A DNA stretch of 55,286 nt, filler included, from Sluysia triapertura (Eukaryota): the NCBI GenBank assembly GCA_046118255.1. It is 4 parts of 4 records of this genome, joined end to end, with 100 filler letters (N's around TTAATTAATTAA, not from the genome) between each part and the next. Parts side by side here need not be neighbours in the genome. Positions count along the whole stretch, not along the records: positions 39,524 to 55,286 come from JBJNIA010219803.1; 3 more parts are not named here. One strand, 5' to 3'. How positions within the stretch are numbered: position 1 is the first letter of the stretch; every line of letters begins with the position of its first letter. The position numbers and the translations under genes were made by a program. The notes under the pieces are model-generated. The model had not been told where the DNA came from. It saw nothing but the letters and a program-made list of their open reading frames with translations, and did not search any database. Below are positions 52,368 through 55,286 of the stretch, one piece after another.

Positions 52368-52610
52368 ATGGGGAATTATTTATGCAAAGATACTGAGCAT
52401 GCCAAGGAAGCTAAACGTGAAAATGCTGAAAATGCAATGTTACCAGCTTCGGAAAAACCAATAAAATCTAAACAAGTGGAACCCGAATCGAAACCGAATG
52501 AGTTAACATTGAAAGAGGAAAGTATTGATACAGCAGTTGAAGCGGTACCAGAATGTAAAATTGAAATTAATAACAAAGATATTGAACAAACAGAACTTGA
52601 AGAAAAACAG
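52368..52610 (+). CDS. First coding exon of an acidic, probably N-acylated protein (MGNYLCK...)
   Basis: ATG start with Gly2 and Cys6; E/K/P-rich composition; CAG|GTTTGC donor at 52611. Possible upstream UTR intron (GTAAGT 52232 ... TTTAG 52338). Confidence 0.7.
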
Positions 52611-54423
52611 GTTTGCATTTTGAATGTATTTTTAAACTAGTAAAATTTCTAATTGATATATGTAATTGCCAAAACTGATTATAGCAGATACAAAACTACA
52701 ATAATTAATTAACTGATTATTATGTTTGAAACTAAAATCATAATAATAGACAATAAAAATTCGTGCCGTATACTAGATATTAAATAATGATTTTATTTCT
52801 TAATTACAAAGCATGTCTTAATAATCTATTGTTTAATTGTAACAAAAGTATCATTAAAAGATTATTTATTTTCGATTCAATTTGGTAATTAAATCAAAAT
52901 AACAAAATTTATTATTATTATAATATGCTATTTAATATTTAGTAAATACATTTCGTATCTAAATGTAGAAATATCTAATAGAAATAATATATTTATACTT
53001 ATTCGGTAAAATTTTAAAGCACGATCTTTTAAATACTCATATGTTAAATATATTTTATCTTGTTCATAAGGCATGTTAAAATTAAACATGAAAGTATTTG
53101 CAGCGTATACTCGATAATTTTTCATTAAGTATCATTTTTGAACAATTTATTTAAGTATCTTATAAATATCCTACGAAAATGAGTTAATGAATTAACTCAT
53201 TTTATTTTGAATTTTATAAAAATATAAATCAATAAAAATATAATATATTAATTTATATTCAAAATAAGAACTCAAAGTCTTTAAATATTTATGAAATTAA
53301 TTTAAATTAATTGAAACATGAACCCTGCTACCTATCTTATCACAGTGATTTCTCTATAAATTATACGTTAATATCGATTATTTTAATTTATTAACTTTAA
53401 TGATAATTGTTTATTTAAGTAAAAACATTTATTATAATTGAAGTTTTATTTTAAGAAACTCTTGATTGTTAATAACATCTAAATGTAAGGGAATTGTTAT
53501 GAGTATAATCTATAAATGAATCTTATAGATTACAAACATGTAATTAGATAATAATAATAAATGTTTAAATTGTTAGTATATTTGTTATTCTATCTACTCT
53601 AAGCATGCAATATGTAAATCTTAAACTTTTCGATTTAAAACTCGATAAATCATTTTAGTAAGCATGCTATTTGCTGTAATTAAATGTTATAATATACTTA
53701 ATAATTATATTATTTTTTTTTGAGTTTAAACTATTATTTCTAATAAAATTATTTTTTAGTATTAGTTTTATACGTTGAAATGATAATGTTTTAATAACAA
53801 ATCCACACATTATTCCTATTGCTTTTATTTACACGGGGGTTAAAGTGAAAACACCGAAAACCTTCCGAATATTTCTTTGATTGCAAAATAGCTTTAGTAT
53901 CCTCATAAAAGCTTTAACAAAATGTAACTTAATTTTAATTTAAATTTAGAAAATATGTTTTCGTAGAGTAATGTTATGAAAAAGCTAGAGTGTTTATTTG
54001 CTTGCAAGATTGTTTGAAATTAAATTCGTAAACGAAGTGTTGGATATGGTTCTTATCGATATAATACTGAACTGGACTTCATGCTAAGTCTTTAATAGTT
54101 GACATAGTAACATTTCACATCGGTCTGTTTCATAGTTCCACATTCAATCGTCTTATTAGATTTTAGCTAATGAAGATGATTTAATTTATTCCGATTTTCG
54201 AATAAGTTTTATCTATTTATTTTAATTTAATTATCTCTTCACATTTGATTTTTGGTGCATTTTAAGTGTATATTGTATGTACTATGGACTCTATTCTTGA
54301 AGGTGCTTAATTCAGTATTCGGTGTTCGAATCTATTATGTGTTCGAATCTATTATTCCTGTAATAATTTACAAAAAATTTTAAAGAATATTTATTTGGTA
54401 TAATTGAATATAGTAATCTAAAA

Positions 54424-54499
54424 ATTGTTAGACGGGGCTGATAGCTCAGTGGTAGAGCATTCGAATTGGTTCGATTCCCATTTTACAAAGTCTAACAAT
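54424..54499 (+). repeat. tRNA-derived element with perfect 10-bp terminal inverted repeats
   Basis: ATTGTTAGAC-GGGGCTGATAGCTCAGTGGTAGAGCATTCGAATTGGTTCGATTCCC...-GTCTAACAAT. Intact A box and B box; anticodon arm largely deleted. Confidence 0.75.
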
Positions 54500-55286
54500 A
54501 TACTTTCACTGTATTTTATTATTCGCTTTACTCGTTAGTCTTTGTTTTTATCTACTGTAAAACTTCTTAATGAATTTTTGATAGTGGGGAAATGCTAGAA
54601 GTTTATTACAATGTTATTTTCTTTCAATAAAGATATAAACCAAGTATCAATTATTTTTTAATCATCGACAATGTCAGATTCCGTTACAGCTACAGGAGCA
54701 ACTTCATTCTGAATCAGATTTAAAACTTGGATCCAACTTTCGGATACTTTCCAACGTTTAGCTCCTCGATCGCTAAAATTTTTCATAAGTATGAATGGAG
54801 AAATGGTAGAAGGTGGGGAAATAAAAGAAGTTTTACAGTATTAATATTCACTTTTTAGTGGACATTTCGGGTTTTATTGACTTCTAAGTTTGATCCGCAA
54901 TATTTTCTGGGTGTGTGTTTCTGATTGATTTTTGGTGTTTAATTTTTGTAAAATTGCATAATTTAATTAAAATAATATTTACAATATTTATGAGGTATTT
55001 ATATAATTTTTAATAAATAGTTAATTTAAATTTATTTATTATTTTATCATAATTTCTTTGTGTCATTATTATTTCTCTATTTCTGTTATTATTTAATTAC
55101 AAATACAAAATATATTATTTGAAAATATTTTTATAAATCAAAAATTCACATTTTTTAAATGCTTGCAAATAGTAACTATTATTGACTTTATTTTTAATCT
55201 GTTATTTGTCGTATATTTATCTCAATATTGAATAAAGATTATAGTTCACAATATTTATCTATAATTCTGGAACGTATATATATATA

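Noticed and set aside
52376-52618. Minus-strand 80-aa ORF (also 30015-30237, 31124-31324, 41271-41571, 51329-51595, 51915-52166, 52928-53125)
   Set aside because: Antisense shadows of real or decayed coding sequence, or I/L/F/K/N/Y-rich chance ORFs of AT-rich DNA with no motifs.
53176-53203. 13-bp perfect inverted repeat AAAATGAGTTAAT-GA-ATTAACTCATTTT
   Set aside because: Real but short, AT-rich and isolated; no supportable function.
54434-54480. Functional tRNA gene
   Set aside because: Anticodon arm is largely missing and there is no complementary 3' acceptor strand; treated as a tRNA-derived repeat.

Overview
Very AT-rich eukaryotic (metazoan) genomic DNA. It consists of four contigs joined by artificial 100-nt linkers (44N-TTAATTAATTAA-44N at 11678-11777, 26795-26894, 39424-39523), so adjacency across the linkers is not biological. 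Only a few genes look intact: the 3' half of an ezrin/radixin/moesin gene (four confident exons, 39585-46666), a long Fat-like cadherin/EGF exon (23695-25644), the first exon of an MG-starting acidic protein (52368-52610) and a 36-aa tandem-repeat ORF (21683-22273). Most of the rest is a dense patchwork of broken host-gene fragments: Ig-domain, CCCH zinc finger, ACSS3-like, Wee1-like kinase, ARL6-like, CK1/TTBK-like, LPGAT1-like, nicastrin and PEX1. These are interleaved with decayed transposons (gypsy integrase followed by an env-like ORF, L1/Tx1-like LINE pieces, piggyBac transposase, Penelope-like relic, a MITE). Best leads: (1) a gypsy-type element with a signal-peptide/TM env-like ORF; (2) a small repeated element in which a tRNA-like Pol III unit is enclosed by terminal inverted repeats; (3) DNA-level duplication and decay of unrelated gene fragments, including a PEX1 pseudogene. 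All family assignments come from manual translation and remembered motifs; no searches were run. The organism cannot be identified from the window.
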